From: Pseudomonadota bacterium
Lineage (GTDB): Bacteria; Pseudomonadota; Alphaproteobacteria; Rhodobacterales; Rhodobacteraceae
Reading direction: 5' to 3'
NCBI GenBank assembly: GCA_038527375.1
Contig: JBCBFU010000003.1
Location: 10,318-74,317 of the forward strand
Length of the DNA stretch: 64,000 bases
Made by a program: the position numbers and the translations under genes. The notes beneath the pieces are model-generated. The model ran no database searches and had not been told where the DNA came from. It was given only the letters and a program-made list of their open reading frames with translations. Shown piece by piece: positions 31,420 through 40,629 of the stretch; the stretch's first letter is position 1; every line of letters starts with the position of its first letter.

Positions 31420-31992
31420 ATGGACCTAAGCCCCTCTGCCCTGTCTTCCAGCCTTGGCGCTGACTTGCGCGCCCTGCGCAAGGCGCGGGGGCTGACCTTG
31501 CAGGACCTCGCGGATGTTCTGGATCGGTCTGTCGGTTGGCTCAGCCAGGTTGAACGCGACATCACCGAACCCTCGATCACAGACCTCAGGCATCTGGCGC
31601 GGGCGCTGGATGTGTCGGTGTCGTCGCTCTTTCGGACAGACGCGGCCAATGCGGACGAGGCGGGATATATCGTGCGCGCCGCGGCGCGCCGCCCCATCGG
31701 CAGCCGGGCCGCGGGCTTGGTCGAAGAGTTGCTGTCACCGGACCTGACCGATGATTTCGAGGTGGTGCATTCCACGTTCGAACCGCGATCAGAGATTACC
31801 GAGGCCGTGACACGCCCAACCCAAGAGGTGGGCTTCATCCTGTCGGGCCGGATGCAGCTGTGGATTGCGGGCACGCTTCACACGTTGGAGACCGGCGACA
31901 GCTTTCGCATTCGGGGCGAGGCGTTCCGGTGGCTCAACCCCTTTGACACCCCCTGCGTTGCGATCTGGGTGATCGCACCGCCGGTGTATTGA
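31420..31992 (+). CDS. XRE-family HTH plus cupin-domain transcriptional regulator
   Basis: 190 aa. The N-terminal HTH reads LRALRKARGLTLQDLADVLDRSVGWLSQVERD; the C-terminus is a cupin fold. Confidence 0.85.
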   Translation: MDLSPSALSSSLGADLRALRKARGLTLQDLADVLDRSVGWLSQVERDITEPSITDLRHLARALDVSVSSLFRTDAANADEAGYIVRAAARRPIGSRAAGLVEELLSPDLTDDFEVVHSTFEPRSEITEAVTRPTQEVGFILSGRMQLWIAGTLHTLETGDSFRIRGEAFRWLNPFDTPCVAIWVIAPPVY

Positions 31993-32005
31993 AGGGGCGC
32001 GACGC

Positions 32006-32416
32006 ATGTCCGAGACCGCAAACCCGACTGATCCCCAAACCGTCACGACAGGATCATGTCTGTGTGGTGCGGTGCAGTACCGGGCCAAGGGCCCGCTGGG
32101 TGCGCCTGCGGCCTGCCATTGCACCCAATGCCGCAAGCAATCGGGGCATGTCTGGGCGTCGTCTTATGTCGATCACGACAAGCTCGAAATCGAGGGCGAG
32201 GTCCGGTGGTATCAATCCTCGGACAAGGCCCAACGCGGGTTTTGCCCCGTATGCGGCGCGGCGCTGTTCTGGCGGCACGCCGATGATCCGTTCACCTGCT
32301 TTTCCATGGGGTCGATTGACGGGCTAACGGGCCTGACCCTGCGGGGCCATATCCATACCGCCACCAAAGGCGACTATTACGAGATCGCGGCCCATGAGCC
32401 GCAGAGGGAGACCTGA
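32006..32416 (+). CDS. GFA family protein (second copy in the window)
   Basis: 136 aa with GSCLCGAVQY...CHCTQC...FCPVCG. Confidence 0.8.
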   Translation: MSETANPTDPQTVTTGSCLCGAVQYRAKGPLGAPAACHCTQCRKQSGHVWASSYVDHDKLEIEGEVRWYQSSDKAQRGFCPVCGAALFWRHADDPFTCFSMGSIDGLTGLTLRGHIHTATKGDYYEIAAHEPQRET

Positions 32417-32417
32417 A

Positions 32418-34862
32418 ATGTCTGATTTTCCGACGACTGCAAAAGTTGTGATCATTGGTGGTGGGGCCGTCGGTGTCTCGGCGCTCTATCACCTGGCCAA
32501 GCGCGGCTGGACCGACTGCGTCCTGCTGGAGAAGAACGAGTTGACGGCGGGCTCCACGTGGCACGCGGCGGGTAACTGTCCCAACTTCTCGACCTCGTGG
32601 GCGGTGCTGAACATGCAGCGCTACAGCCTCGAGATGTACCGCACGCTGGCCGAGGATGTGGACTACCCCATGAACTACCACGTCACCGGGTCGATCCGGT
32701 TGGCGCACACCAAGGAGCGGGTGCAGGAGTTCGAACGCTTTGTGGAGATGGGGCGCTATCAGGGTCTGGAATTGACCATGATGACGCCGGAGGAGGCCAA
32801 GGAGCTCTATCCCTTCCTTGAAACCCATGATCTGGCTGGCGTGCTCTATGACCCGATGGACGGGGATATCGACCCCGCGCAGCTGACGCAGGCGATGGCC
32901 AAGGGCGCGCGCGATCTGGGCGCCAACATTCAGCGGTTCTGCCCGGCGACGGGTGTGACGCAGGATGGCGACGGCTGGATCGTTCACACCGACAAGGGGG
33001 ATATTCGCTGCGAGAAGGTCGTGAACGCCGCGGGCTATTACGCCGCGCGCGTGGGCGAGTGGTTCAAACCCTTTGGCGGGCGCGATGTGCCCATGGCCGT
33101 GATGAGCCATCAATATTTCCTCACCGAGGAAATCGATGAGATCAAGGACTGGACCGAAGCGCATGGGCACAAGCTGCCGATGATCCGCGACGTCGATAGC
33201 AGCTATTACCTGCGGCAGGACAAGAACGGCCTGAACCTGGGTCCCTATGAGCGCAACTGCAAGGCGCATTGGGTGACCGAGGATGACCCGATGCCGGACG
33301 ATTTCAGCTTCCAGCTGTATCCCGACGATCTTGAGCGGCTGGAGTGGTATATCGAGGACGCGATGGCGCGTGTGCCGCTCTTGGGCACCGGCGGCGTGGG
33401 CCGCAACATCAACGGTCCGATCCCCTACGCGCCCGATGGACTGCCGATGATCGGGCCGATGCCGGGCGTGAAGAACGCGTTCGAAGCGCATTCGTTCACC
33501 TTTGGCATCGTGCAGGGTGGTGGCGCCGGCAAGGTCATCTCCGAATGGATCATCGACGGCTACACCGAATGGGACATGTGGGCCGTGGACCCGCGCCGCT
33601 ACACCGCCTGCGCGGACGAGGATTACTGCCTGCAAAAGGCGCTGGAAACCTACGGCCACGAATACGCCATGCACTTCCCCCAGCACGAGTGGCCTGCGGG
33701 CCGCGACAAGCGGCTGTCGGCTAACCATGACCGGATCGTGGCCGATGGTGGCGTGATGGGTGCCTATAACGGATGGGAGCGGGCCAACTGGTTCGCGAAA
33801 CCGGGCGATGACACGTCGGAAGAGGCGACGCAGACCTGGAGCCGCAAGGGCCCCTGGCAGCCGCGCGTTCAGGAGGAATGCGAGGCGGTGCGCGACGGCG
33901 TGGGCGTCATCGATATGTGCGGCTTCTCGCGCTACCGGTTGTCGGGCGAAGGTGCCGCCGAATGGCTGCGCGGCACGATCACCGGGGGGTTGCCCAAGGT
34001 TGGGCGGATGAACCTGGCCTATTTTGCGGATGAGCGCGGGCGGGTTGTGACCGAGATGTCGGTGATCCGCCACGGCGAGGATGATTTCACGCTGATGACC
34101 GCCGCGGTGGCGCAGTGGCATGACTGGGAATTGCTCTGGCGCAAGCTGCCTGAGGGTTTGAGCCTGCGGGACGTGTCCGAAGAGATGACGACAATGCTGG
34201 TCACGGGGCCCAAGTCGCGGGATCTGTTCGCGGGCATTGCCGAGTATGATCTGGAGGCCGGGTGGCTGACCCATGGGACCGCCAAGATCGCGGGGCAGGA
34301 CTGCGCCATGGCGCGGGTGTCCTTCTGTGGCGAATTGGGGTGGGAGGTGCATTGCCCCCGCGCCAATGCGCCTGCGATCTATGCCGCGATCCGGGATGCC
34401 GGGGCCACGCCGTTCGGGATGTATGCGCTGAATTCCCTGAGGATCGAGAAGGGCTACCGAACCTGGAAGGGTGATCTGTCGACGGATTACTCGATGTACG
34501 AGGCGGGCCTGCACCGGTTCGTGCGCTTGGACAAAACCCATGACTTCCCCGGCAAGGCGGCTTTGCAACGCGAGATGCAGCAGGGATCGAAGAAGGCCTT
34601 TGTGCAGCTTGTGGTCGAGAATGACGACTATGACGCGCCCTACATGTCGACGCTGTGGCATGACGGCGAGGTCGTGGGCGAGACCACATCGGGCGCCTAT
34701 GGCTACCGCGTGGGCAAGGCAATCGCGTTGGCGATGGTCAAGCCCGAGCTGGCGGCACCCGGCACCGAGCTGGAGGTCAAGATCTTTGGCGAGACCTGCA
34801 AGGCGATCGTGCAATCGGACGCGCCGTTGTGGGATGCGGGAAACGAGCGGATCCGGGCCTAA
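32418..34862 (+). CDS. FAD-dependent oxidoreductase with a GcvT-type folate-binding domain (dimethylglycine/sarcosine dehydrogenase-like)
   Basis: 814 aa. VVIIGGGAVGVSALYHL is an N-terminal DAO Rossmann motif, and the C-terminus is a GcvT aminomethyltransferase domain. An AGAGGGAG Shine-Dalgarno lies upstream. Confidence 0.85.
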   Translation: MSDFPTTAKVVIIGGGAVGVSALYHLAKRGWTDCVLLEKNELTAGSTWHAAGNCPNFSTSWAVLNMQRYSLEMYRTLAEDVDYPMNYHVTGSIRLAHTKERVQEFERFVEMGRYQGLELTMMTPEEAKELYPFLETHDLAGVLYDPMDGDIDPAQLTQAMAKGARDLGANIQRFCPATGVTQDGDGWIVHTDKGDIRCEKVVNAAGYYAARVGEWFKPFGGRDVPMAVMSHQYFLTEEIDEIKDWTEAHGHKLPMIRDVDSSYYLRQDKNGLNLGPYERNCKAHWVTEDDPMPDDFSFQLYPDDLERLEWYIEDAMARVPLLGTGGVGRNINGPIPYAPDGLPMIGPMPGVKNAFEAHSFTFGIVQGGGAGKVISEWIIDGYTEWDMWAVDPRRYTACADEDYCLQKALETYGHEYAMHFPQHEWPAGRDKRLSANHDRIVADGGVMGAYNGWERANWFAKPGDDTSEEATQTWSRKGPWQPRVQEECEAVRDGVGVIDMCGFSRYRLSGEGAAEWLRGTITGGLPKVGRMNLAYFADERGRVVTEMSVIRHGEDDFTLMTAAVAQWHDWELLWRKLPEGLSLRDVSEEMTTMLVTGPKSRDLFAGIAEYDLEAGWLTHGTAKIAGQDCAMARVSFCGELGWEVHCPRANAPAIYAAIRDAGATPFGMYALNSLRIEKGYRTWKGDLSTDYSMYEAGLHRFVRLDKTHDFPGKAALQREMQQGSKKAFVQLVVENDDYDAPYMSTLWHDGEVVGETTSGAYGYRVGKAIALAMVKPELAAPGTELEVKIFGETCKAIVQSDAPLWDAGNERIRA

Positions 34863-34957
34863 GTTCACATCCCGGGGTCCGGTCGCGCGCTGCGGGCCGG
34901 ACTTATTCCGGGGCTCTGCCCCGGACCCCGAGGTATTGAACGCAAAAGGAAAACGAG

Positions 34958-35839
34958 ATGGGTATCACCGTTCTGGATGGTGGATTGGGACAGGAATTGG
35001 TGCGGCGCGCGGGCCGCGCCACGTCGCTGTGGTCTGTGCAGGCATTGCTGGATGCGCCGGAGATCGTGCGCGCGGTGCATGACGACTACTTTGCTGCGGG
35101 CGCGGACGTCGTGACCACCAATACCTATTCCGTGCGCCCGGATCGTCTGAACCATCACGGGTTGGGCGACCGGTTCGCGGAGTTGCAGGTGCTGGCCTGC
35201 GAATTGGCGGCGCAGTCGCGCGATGCCCACGGGCGTGGCCTCGTGCTGGGTGGCATGGCGCCGTTGGGGTTCTCCTATCGGCCCGAACTGGCCCCGCCGT
35301 CCGAGCGGGCGGCCGAGATTTTCGCTGAGATGGCGCGCCTGCAGGCGCCGTTCGTGGATGTCTATATCCTGGAGACCATGGGGTCCGTGGACGAGGCGCG
35401 CGGCGCCTTGATGGGCACGACCGGCCACGGGAAGCCCGTCTGGTGCGCGGTGTCCGTCTCTGACGAAGACGGTACCAAGCTGCGGTCGGGCGAGCCGCTC
35501 ACAGACATCATCCCGCTGATCGCGGAATACGGTGCCGATGCGCTGTGCATCAACTGTTCCATTCCTGAGGCGGTTTCGCAGGCCTTGGCCGCGCTCAAGG
35601 ACGCTCCGGTCACGCTGGGGGCCTATGCCAACGGGTTCACCGGGATCGTGGATGCGTTCAACAACGATGACGCCACAGTCGACATGCTGTCGGCGCGCAC
35701 GGATCTGGGGCCTGAGGCCTATCTGGATTTTGCCAAGGGGTGGGCCGATCAGGGGGCCACGTTGATAGGTGGCTGCTGTGAGGTCGGTCCCGATCACATC
35801 CGCGCCCTGTCGGGTCATTTCGCGAAGGTGGCCGCCTGA
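34958..35839 (+). CDS. Homocysteine S-methyltransferase family protein (betaine- or S-methylmethionine-dependent type)
   Basis: 293 aa. LDGGLGQEL...TNTY...INC...GGCCEV includes zinc-binding cysteines. Confidence 0.8.
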   Translation: MGITVLDGGLGQELVRRAGRATSLWSVQALLDAPEIVRAVHDDYFAAGADVVTTNTYSVRPDRLNHHGLGDRFAELQVLACELAAQSRDAHGRGLVLGGMAPLGFSYRPELAPPSERAAEIFAEMARLQAPFVDVYILETMGSVDEARGALMGTTGHGKPVWCAVSVSDEDGTKLRSGEPLTDIIPLIAEYGADALCINCSIPEAVSQALAALKDAPVTLGAYANGFTGIVDAFNNDDATVDMLSARTDLGPEAYLDFAKGWADQGATLIGGCCEVGPDHIRALSGHFAKVAA

Positions 35840-36270
35840 TGGCGCGCGCCGCTGTCCTTCCCCCCGTGCTTCCATTGCGGCCCGTGATGGCGGCCTACGC
35901 GGCCTACATCGCGCTGGCTGTCGTTCTGCACGCGATGGCGGGGCCCGAGGGCGTCTGGACGGCGGCGGCGGTGCTGTTGGTGCTGATGACCGTGACCTAT
36001 CCGGTCGAGGCATTGGCCCGGGGGGAGGGTCTGCCGGGCGAGTTGGCCTTTGCGGCCGGTTTGTCCCTTGTGGCGCTGATCGGGCTTGCGGTGCAGCCCC
36101 TGTTCATCATTGCGGCGATCGTGGCCCACGGGGCGCTCGACATCGCAAAACATCGCGGCTTGGGTGTGCCCTTTCACCCGCAATATCTGTTCGCCTGCGC
36201 GGGCTTTGATTTTGCCTATGGTGCCGCGCTTCTTGCCTATTTCATTGCAACTTCTGGGGGTGCGGTATGA
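35839..36270 (+). CDS. Hypothetical integral membrane protein
   Basis: 143 aa with about 4 hydrophobic segments. The start overlaps the upstream stop (TGATG) and the stop overlaps the downstream start (ATGA). I recognise no family. Confidence 0.5.
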   Translation: MARAAVLPPVLPLRPVMAAYAAYIALAVVLHAMAGPEGVWTAAAVLLVLMTVTYPVEALARGEGLPGELAFAAGLSLVALIGLAVQPLFIIAAIVAHGALDIAKHRGLGVPFHPQYLFACAGFDFAYGAALLAYFIATSGGAV

Positions 36271-38711
36271 GCGTTCCAACACAGGCCCGTGTGGTCATCA
36301 TCGGCGGTGGGGTCATCGGGTGTTCGGTGGCCTATCACCTGACCAAGCTCGGCTGGACGGATGTGGTCCTGTTGGAGCGCAAGCAGTTGACCAGTGGCAC
36401 GACGTGGCACGCGGCGGGTCTGATCGCGCAGTTGCGCGCAACGCAGAACATGACGCGCCTCGCGAAGTACAGCCAAGAGCTCTATGGCACGCTGGAAGAT
36501 GAGACGGGTGTGGCGACGGGGTTCAAACGGTGCGGGTCGATCACGGTCGCCCTGACCGAGGAGCGGCGCGAGGAGATCTTCCGGCAGGCAGCCATGGCGC
36601 GGGCCTTTGGCGTCGAGGTCGAGGAGATCACGCCAGACGAGGTCAAGGCGAAGTACGAGCATCTGAATATCGAGGGCGTGACCGCGGGGGTCTATCTGCC
36701 CTTGGACGGGCAGGGTGATCCGGCAAACATTGCGCTGGCACTTGCCAAGGGTGCCCGCCAGCGCGGGGCCAAGGTGATCGAGCGCACAAAGGCCACGAGC
36801 GTGACCCGCGACGGGCGGCGTATCACGGCGGTGCAGTGGGAAAACGAGGCGGGCGAGGCGGGAGAGATCGCCTGCGATCACGTGGTGAACTGCGGCGGCA
36901 TGTGGGGTCGTGAGGTGGGCAAGATGCTCAGCACGAATGTGCCGCTCCATGCCTGCGAGCATTTCTACATCGTGACCGAGGCCATTGAGGGTCTGACGCA
37001 ACAGCCTGTTCTGCGCGTGCCGGATGAATGCGCTTACTACAAGGAAGACGCAGGCAAGATGCTGTTGGGGGCGTTTGAACCCAAGGCCAAGCCATGGGCG
37101 ATGGACGGTATCCCGGCGGATTTCGAGTTTGACCAGTTGCCCGAGGATTTCGATCATTTCGAGCCGATCCTGGAGGCTGCCGTGAACCGGCTGCCCATGC
37201 TGGGCGAGGCGGGCATCCACACGTTCTTTAACGGGCCCGAGAGCTTTACCCCCGACGATGCGTATCATCTGGGTCTGTGCCCCGAGATGGACAATGTCTG
37301 GGTCGCGGCGGGCTTCAACTCCATCGGTATCCAGTCGGCGGGTGGCGCGGGCATGGCGCTGGCGCAGTGGATGGATGAGGGCGCCAAGCCGTTCGATCTG
37401 GGCGATGTGGATATCGCTCGGATGCAGCCGTTTCAGGGCAACAAGACCTATCTGTATGAACGGTCGACCGAGACGCTGGGCCTGCTCTATGCCGATCACT
37501 TCCCCTATCTGCAGAAGGCCACGGCACGCGGCGTGCGGCGCACGCCCTTCCACCAGCACCTGCTGGATCGCGGCGCGGTGATGGGCGAGCTGGCGGGGTG
37601 GGAACGGGCCAACTGGTTCGCGCGCGGCAGCCAGGAGGCTGAGTATCGCTATTCCTGGAAGCGGCAGAATTTCTTTGAAAACGTCCGGGAAGAGCACATG
37701 GCCGTGCGGACCGGGGTGGGGATGTATGACATGTCCTCCTTCGGGAAGATCCGCGTGGAGGGGCCGGATGCCGTGGCCTTCCTGAACCATGTGGGCGGCG
37801 GTCAGTACGACGTGCCCGTGGGCAAGATCGTCTACACCCAGTTCCTGAACGAGCGCGGCGGGATCGAGGCCGATGTGACGGTCACGCGCCTGTCGGAGAC
37901 CGCGTTCATCGTGGTGACACCGGCGGCGACGCGTCAGGCCGATCAGGTCTGGATGGAGCGGCATGTGGGCGATTTCCGCGTGATGATTGCCGATGTGACG
38001 GCAGGTGAAGGAGTTCTGGCCGTGATGGGGCCGAAATCGCGGGAGCTGCTCGAGGCCGTGTCGCCTGCCGATTTCTCGAACGCAGTGAACCCCTTTGGCA
38101 CCGCCCAGGAGATCGAGATCGGGATGGGCCTCGCCCGCGTGCACCGGGTGACCTATGTGGGCGAGCTTGGCTGGGAGGTCTATGTGTCGTCCGACATGGC
38201 GGGCCACGTGTTCGAGGCGCTGGCCGAGGCGGGCGAGGGCATGGGGATGCGTCTGTGCGGGATGCACATGATGGACACCTGCCGCATCGAAAAGGGCTTC
38301 CGCCACTTTGGCCACGACATCACGTCCGAGGATCACGTGCTGGAGGCCGGGCTGGGCTTTGCCGTCAAGACCGACAAGCCCGCCTTCATCGGGCGCGATG
38401 CTGTGCTGGCCAAGAAGGAGGCCGGGCTCGAGAACCGTCTGGTGCAGTTCAAGCTGACCGATCCTGAGCCGCTGCTCTACCACAATGAACCCGTCATCCG
38501 GGATGGAGAGATCGTGGGTTATCTGTCGTCGGGGGCCTATGGCCATGCCGAAGGTGCGGCGATGGGCATGGGATACGTGCCTTGCGCGGGCGAAACCGTG
38601 GCCGAGCTGTTGGCGTCGACCTACGAGATCGACGTGATGGGAGCCCGTATCCGGGCCGAGGCGCAGTTGAAACCGTTCTACGATCCGAAATCCGAACGCG
38701 TAAAAGCCTAA
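36267..38711 (+). CDS. FAD-dependent oxidoreductase with a GcvT-type domain (dimethylglycine/sarcosine dehydrogenase-like), paralogue 2
   Basis: 814 aa. VVIIGGGVIGCSVAYHL present. It has the same architecture and length as 32418-34862. Confidence 0.85.
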   Translation: MSVPTQARVVIIGGGVIGCSVAYHLTKLGWTDVVLLERKQLTSGTTWHAAGLIAQLRATQNMTRLAKYSQELYGTLEDETGVATGFKRCGSITVALTEERREEIFRQAAMARAFGVEVEEITPDEVKAKYEHLNIEGVTAGVYLPLDGQGDPANIALALAKGARQRGAKVIERTKATSVTRDGRRITAVQWENEAGEAGEIACDHVVNCGGMWGREVGKMLSTNVPLHACEHFYIVTEAIEGLTQQPVLRVPDECAYYKEDAGKMLLGAFEPKAKPWAMDGIPADFEFDQLPEDFDHFEPILEAAVNRLPMLGEAGIHTFFNGPESFTPDDAYHLGLCPEMDNVWVAAGFNSIGIQSAGGAGMALAQWMDEGAKPFDLGDVDIARMQPFQGNKTYLYERSTETLGLLYADHFPYLQKATARGVRRTPFHQHLLDRGAVMGELAGWERANWFARGSQEAEYRYSWKRQNFFENVREEHMAVRTGVGMYDMSSFGKIRVEGPDAVAFLNHVGGGQYDVPVGKIVYTQFLNERGGIEADVTVTRLSETAFIVVTPAATRQADQVWMERHVGDFRVMIADVTAGEGVLAVMGPKSRELLEAVSPADFSNAVNPFGTAQEIEIGMGLARVHRVTYVGELGWEVYVSSDMAGHVFEALAEAGEGMGMRLCGMHMMDTCRIEKGFRHFGHDITSEDHVLEAGLGFAVKTDKPAFIGRDAVLAKKEAGLENRLVQFKLTDPEPLLYHNEPVIRDGEIVGYLSSGAYGHAEGAAMGMGYVPCAGETVAELLASTYEIDVMGARIRAEAQLKPFYDPKSERVKA

Positions 38712-38752
38712 AATGGCTGGCCCCGCCCCGGCGTGCAGCCTAGGGGTGGGGC

Positions 38753-39637
38753 ATGTCAGATACACGCGATACGGGCGATAGCGCCGCTGGTTTGGGCTTT
38801 GCGTTCAGCGCCTATTTCCTGTGGGGGTTTCTGCCGATCTACCTGAAATGGCTCGAACCGATCGGGCCGATCGAGATCGTGGCCCACCGGATCATCTGGT
38901 CGGTGCCCGTGGCCGGGGCCGTGCTGGTCGTGCTGGGGCGCACGAACACGTTGCGCGCGGCGCTGCGGTCGCCTGCCACGCTGGGCATGGCGGCCGTGAC
39001 GGCGGGGCTGATCACGATCAACTGGTCGATCTATGTCTATGCAGTGTCCGTCGATCGCGCGCTGGATGCCGCGCTGGGCTACTACATCAACCCGCTCTTT
39101 AGCGTGTTTGTGGGCGCGGTCTTTCTCGGCGAGCGGCTCGACAGGCTTCAATGGGCGGCCATCGCGCTCGCTGCGGGGGCGGTTGTCGTGTTGACGGTCT
39201 ACGCCGGGCGCGTGCCGATCCTGGCGATTGGCCTGACGCTCAGTTGGGGCTTTTACGCGCTGGCCAAGAAGCAGCTGCCCATCGGCCCCAATCAGGGGTT
39301 CCTGCTGGAGGTGCTGATCCTGTCGATCCCGGCCGGTCTGTTCATTGTCTGGACCGAGGCGCAGGGCACTGGGGCCTTTGCCACCGCGCCGCTGCTGTTG
39401 ATGGGCTGCGGGATCGTCACGGCGGTGCCGCTGCTGCTCTATGCCAACGGGGCCAAACGGCTGAAACTGTCGACCATCGGCATCCTGCAATACGTTGCGC
39501 CCACGCTGATCATGTTGGTGGCGCTTTTCGTCTTTGGCGAACCGTTTGGACCGGCCCGCGCCATCGCCTTTCCGATGATCTGGGCTGCGCTCGCGCTCTA
39601 TTCCGTGTCTCTGTTCCGGCAGGTGCGCCATGGATAG
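38753..39637 (+). CDS. rarD: EamA-family transporter RarD
   Basis: 294 aa with about 10 transmembrane segments. FSAYFLWGFLPIYLK...HRIIWS...GYYINPL is the RarD pattern. Confidence 0.8.
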   Translation: MSDTRDTGDSAAGLGFAFSAYFLWGFLPIYLKWLEPIGPIEIVAHRIIWSVPVAGAVLVVLGRTNTLRAALRSPATLGMAAVTAGLITINWSIYVYAVSVDRALDAALGYYINPLFSVFVGAVFLGERLDRLQWAAIALAAGAVVVLTVYAGRVPILAIGLTLSWGFYALAKKQLPIGPNQGFLLEVLILSIPAGLFIVWTEAQGTGAFATAPLLLMGCGIVTAVPLLLYANGAKRLKLSTIGILQYVAPTLIMLVALFVFGEPFGPARAIAFPMIWAALALYSVSLFRQVRHG

Positions 39638-40289
39638 GACCCCGGATGACTACCGCCCGCCACAGGACCCGCTGCGCGTCTTGCACGAGGATGACCAGAT
39701 CATCATCGTGGACAAACCCTCCGGACTGTTGTCCGTGCCGGGGAAAGGCCCGCAACTGGCCGATTGCCTGCTGACGCGCGTGCAGGCCGCGTTCCCGACA
39801 GCCTTGCTCGTCCACCGTCTGGATCGGGACACCAGCGGCGTGATGGTCTTTGCCGCTAGCCCCCATGCCCAGCGGCATTTGGGCCTGCAATTCGAGAAGC
39901 GGCAGGTGAAAAAGACCTACGTGGCCGAGGTCTGGGGGCAGCTGGAACCGCGCACGGGGGTGGTCGACCTGCCCTTGATCGTGGACTGGCCCAACCGCCC
40001 GCGTCAGATGGTCTGCCAGGAGACAGGCAAACCCGCCCAGACCGAGTGGCGTGTCAAACGGTCGGGCGACACATCGACCCGCGTGGAACTGATGCCTAAG
40101 ACCGGACGCTCGCACCAGTTGCGCGTGCACATGCTGGCGCTGGGCCACCCCATTCTGGGCGATCCGTTTTATGCCGAAGGCGACGCGTTGCGAGCCGCGG
40201 ACCGGCTCATGCTGCATTCATGGAAATTGCGGCTCCGCCACCCGGACGGGGGCAAGGGCCTCCAGTTTCAGGCCCCTGTCCCGTTCTGA
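39630..40289 (+). CDS. RluA-family pseudouridine synthase
   Basis: 219 aa. HRLDRDTSGVMVFA holds the catalytic Asp; GRSHQLRVH present. Confidence 0.85.
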   Translation: MDRTPDDYRPPQDPLRVLHEDDQIIIVDKPSGLLSVPGKGPQLADCLLTRVQAAFPTALLVHRLDRDTSGVMVFAASPHAQRHLGLQFEKRQVKKTYVAEVWGQLEPRTGVVDLPLIVDWPNRPRQMVCQETGKPAQTEWRVKRSGDTSTRVELMPKTGRSHQLRVHMLALGHPILGDPFYAEGDALRAADRLMLHSWKLRLRHPDGGKGLQFQAPVPF

Positions 40290-40333
40290 TCCGCAGGATG
40301 TGAACAGGGCGGGCGAGAAGTAGGGACGCCCTT

Positions 40334-40358
40334 CCCCTTCGATGGTCCTCAAAAACTC
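40334..40358 (-). repeat. REP-like element, half copy C in inverted orientation
   Basis: CCCCTTCGATGGTCCTCAAAAACTC is the reverse complement of the left arm of copies A and B. It lies 45 bp after the rluA-family stop codon. Confidence 0.7.
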
Positions 40359-40397
40359 CGGGGTGAGGCCGCAAGGCCGAGGGGCAGCGCCCCTAAT

Positions 40398-40439
40398 CGC
40401 GCCGAAGGCGCGTTAAAGTAGACCCGCGCCGAAGGCGCG
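40398..40439. repeat. Two identical 15-nt hairpin units CGCGCCGAAGGCGCG
   Basis: Copies at 40398-40412 and 40425-40439, between convergent genes. A related GCCGCGCGAAGCGCGGC hairpin sits near 31255. Confidence 0.8.
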
Positions 40440-40629
40440 CCCCCGGATGTCGAGGCTAGGGCAGAAACACAAAATCTCGTATCCCGTCACCCTGCCTGAA
40501 CCCTGCGGGTTCAACGGGTCACGGAATGCATGATTGCATTCTGGTTTGTGTTTCGCCCGACAGCCCGAAGAGGGAGGCGGGTGGCCCGCCGCTGGACCAA
40601 AGCGCGGCGGCGGGGTTTGACGTGCAGGG

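Noticed and set aside
32292-34868. 858-aa minus-strand ORF; likewise 36237-38765 (842 aa)
   Set aside because: Both are antisense shadows of the two DAO-GcvT dehydrogenase genes. Their His/Arg/Pro-rich composition is implausible.
40524-40541. Palindrome GAATGCA-TGAT-TGCATTC as a possible dif (XerC/D) site
   Set aside because: dif has 11-nt arms around a 6-bp central region. This is a 7-4-7 palindrome with no similarity to dif arm consensus sequences.
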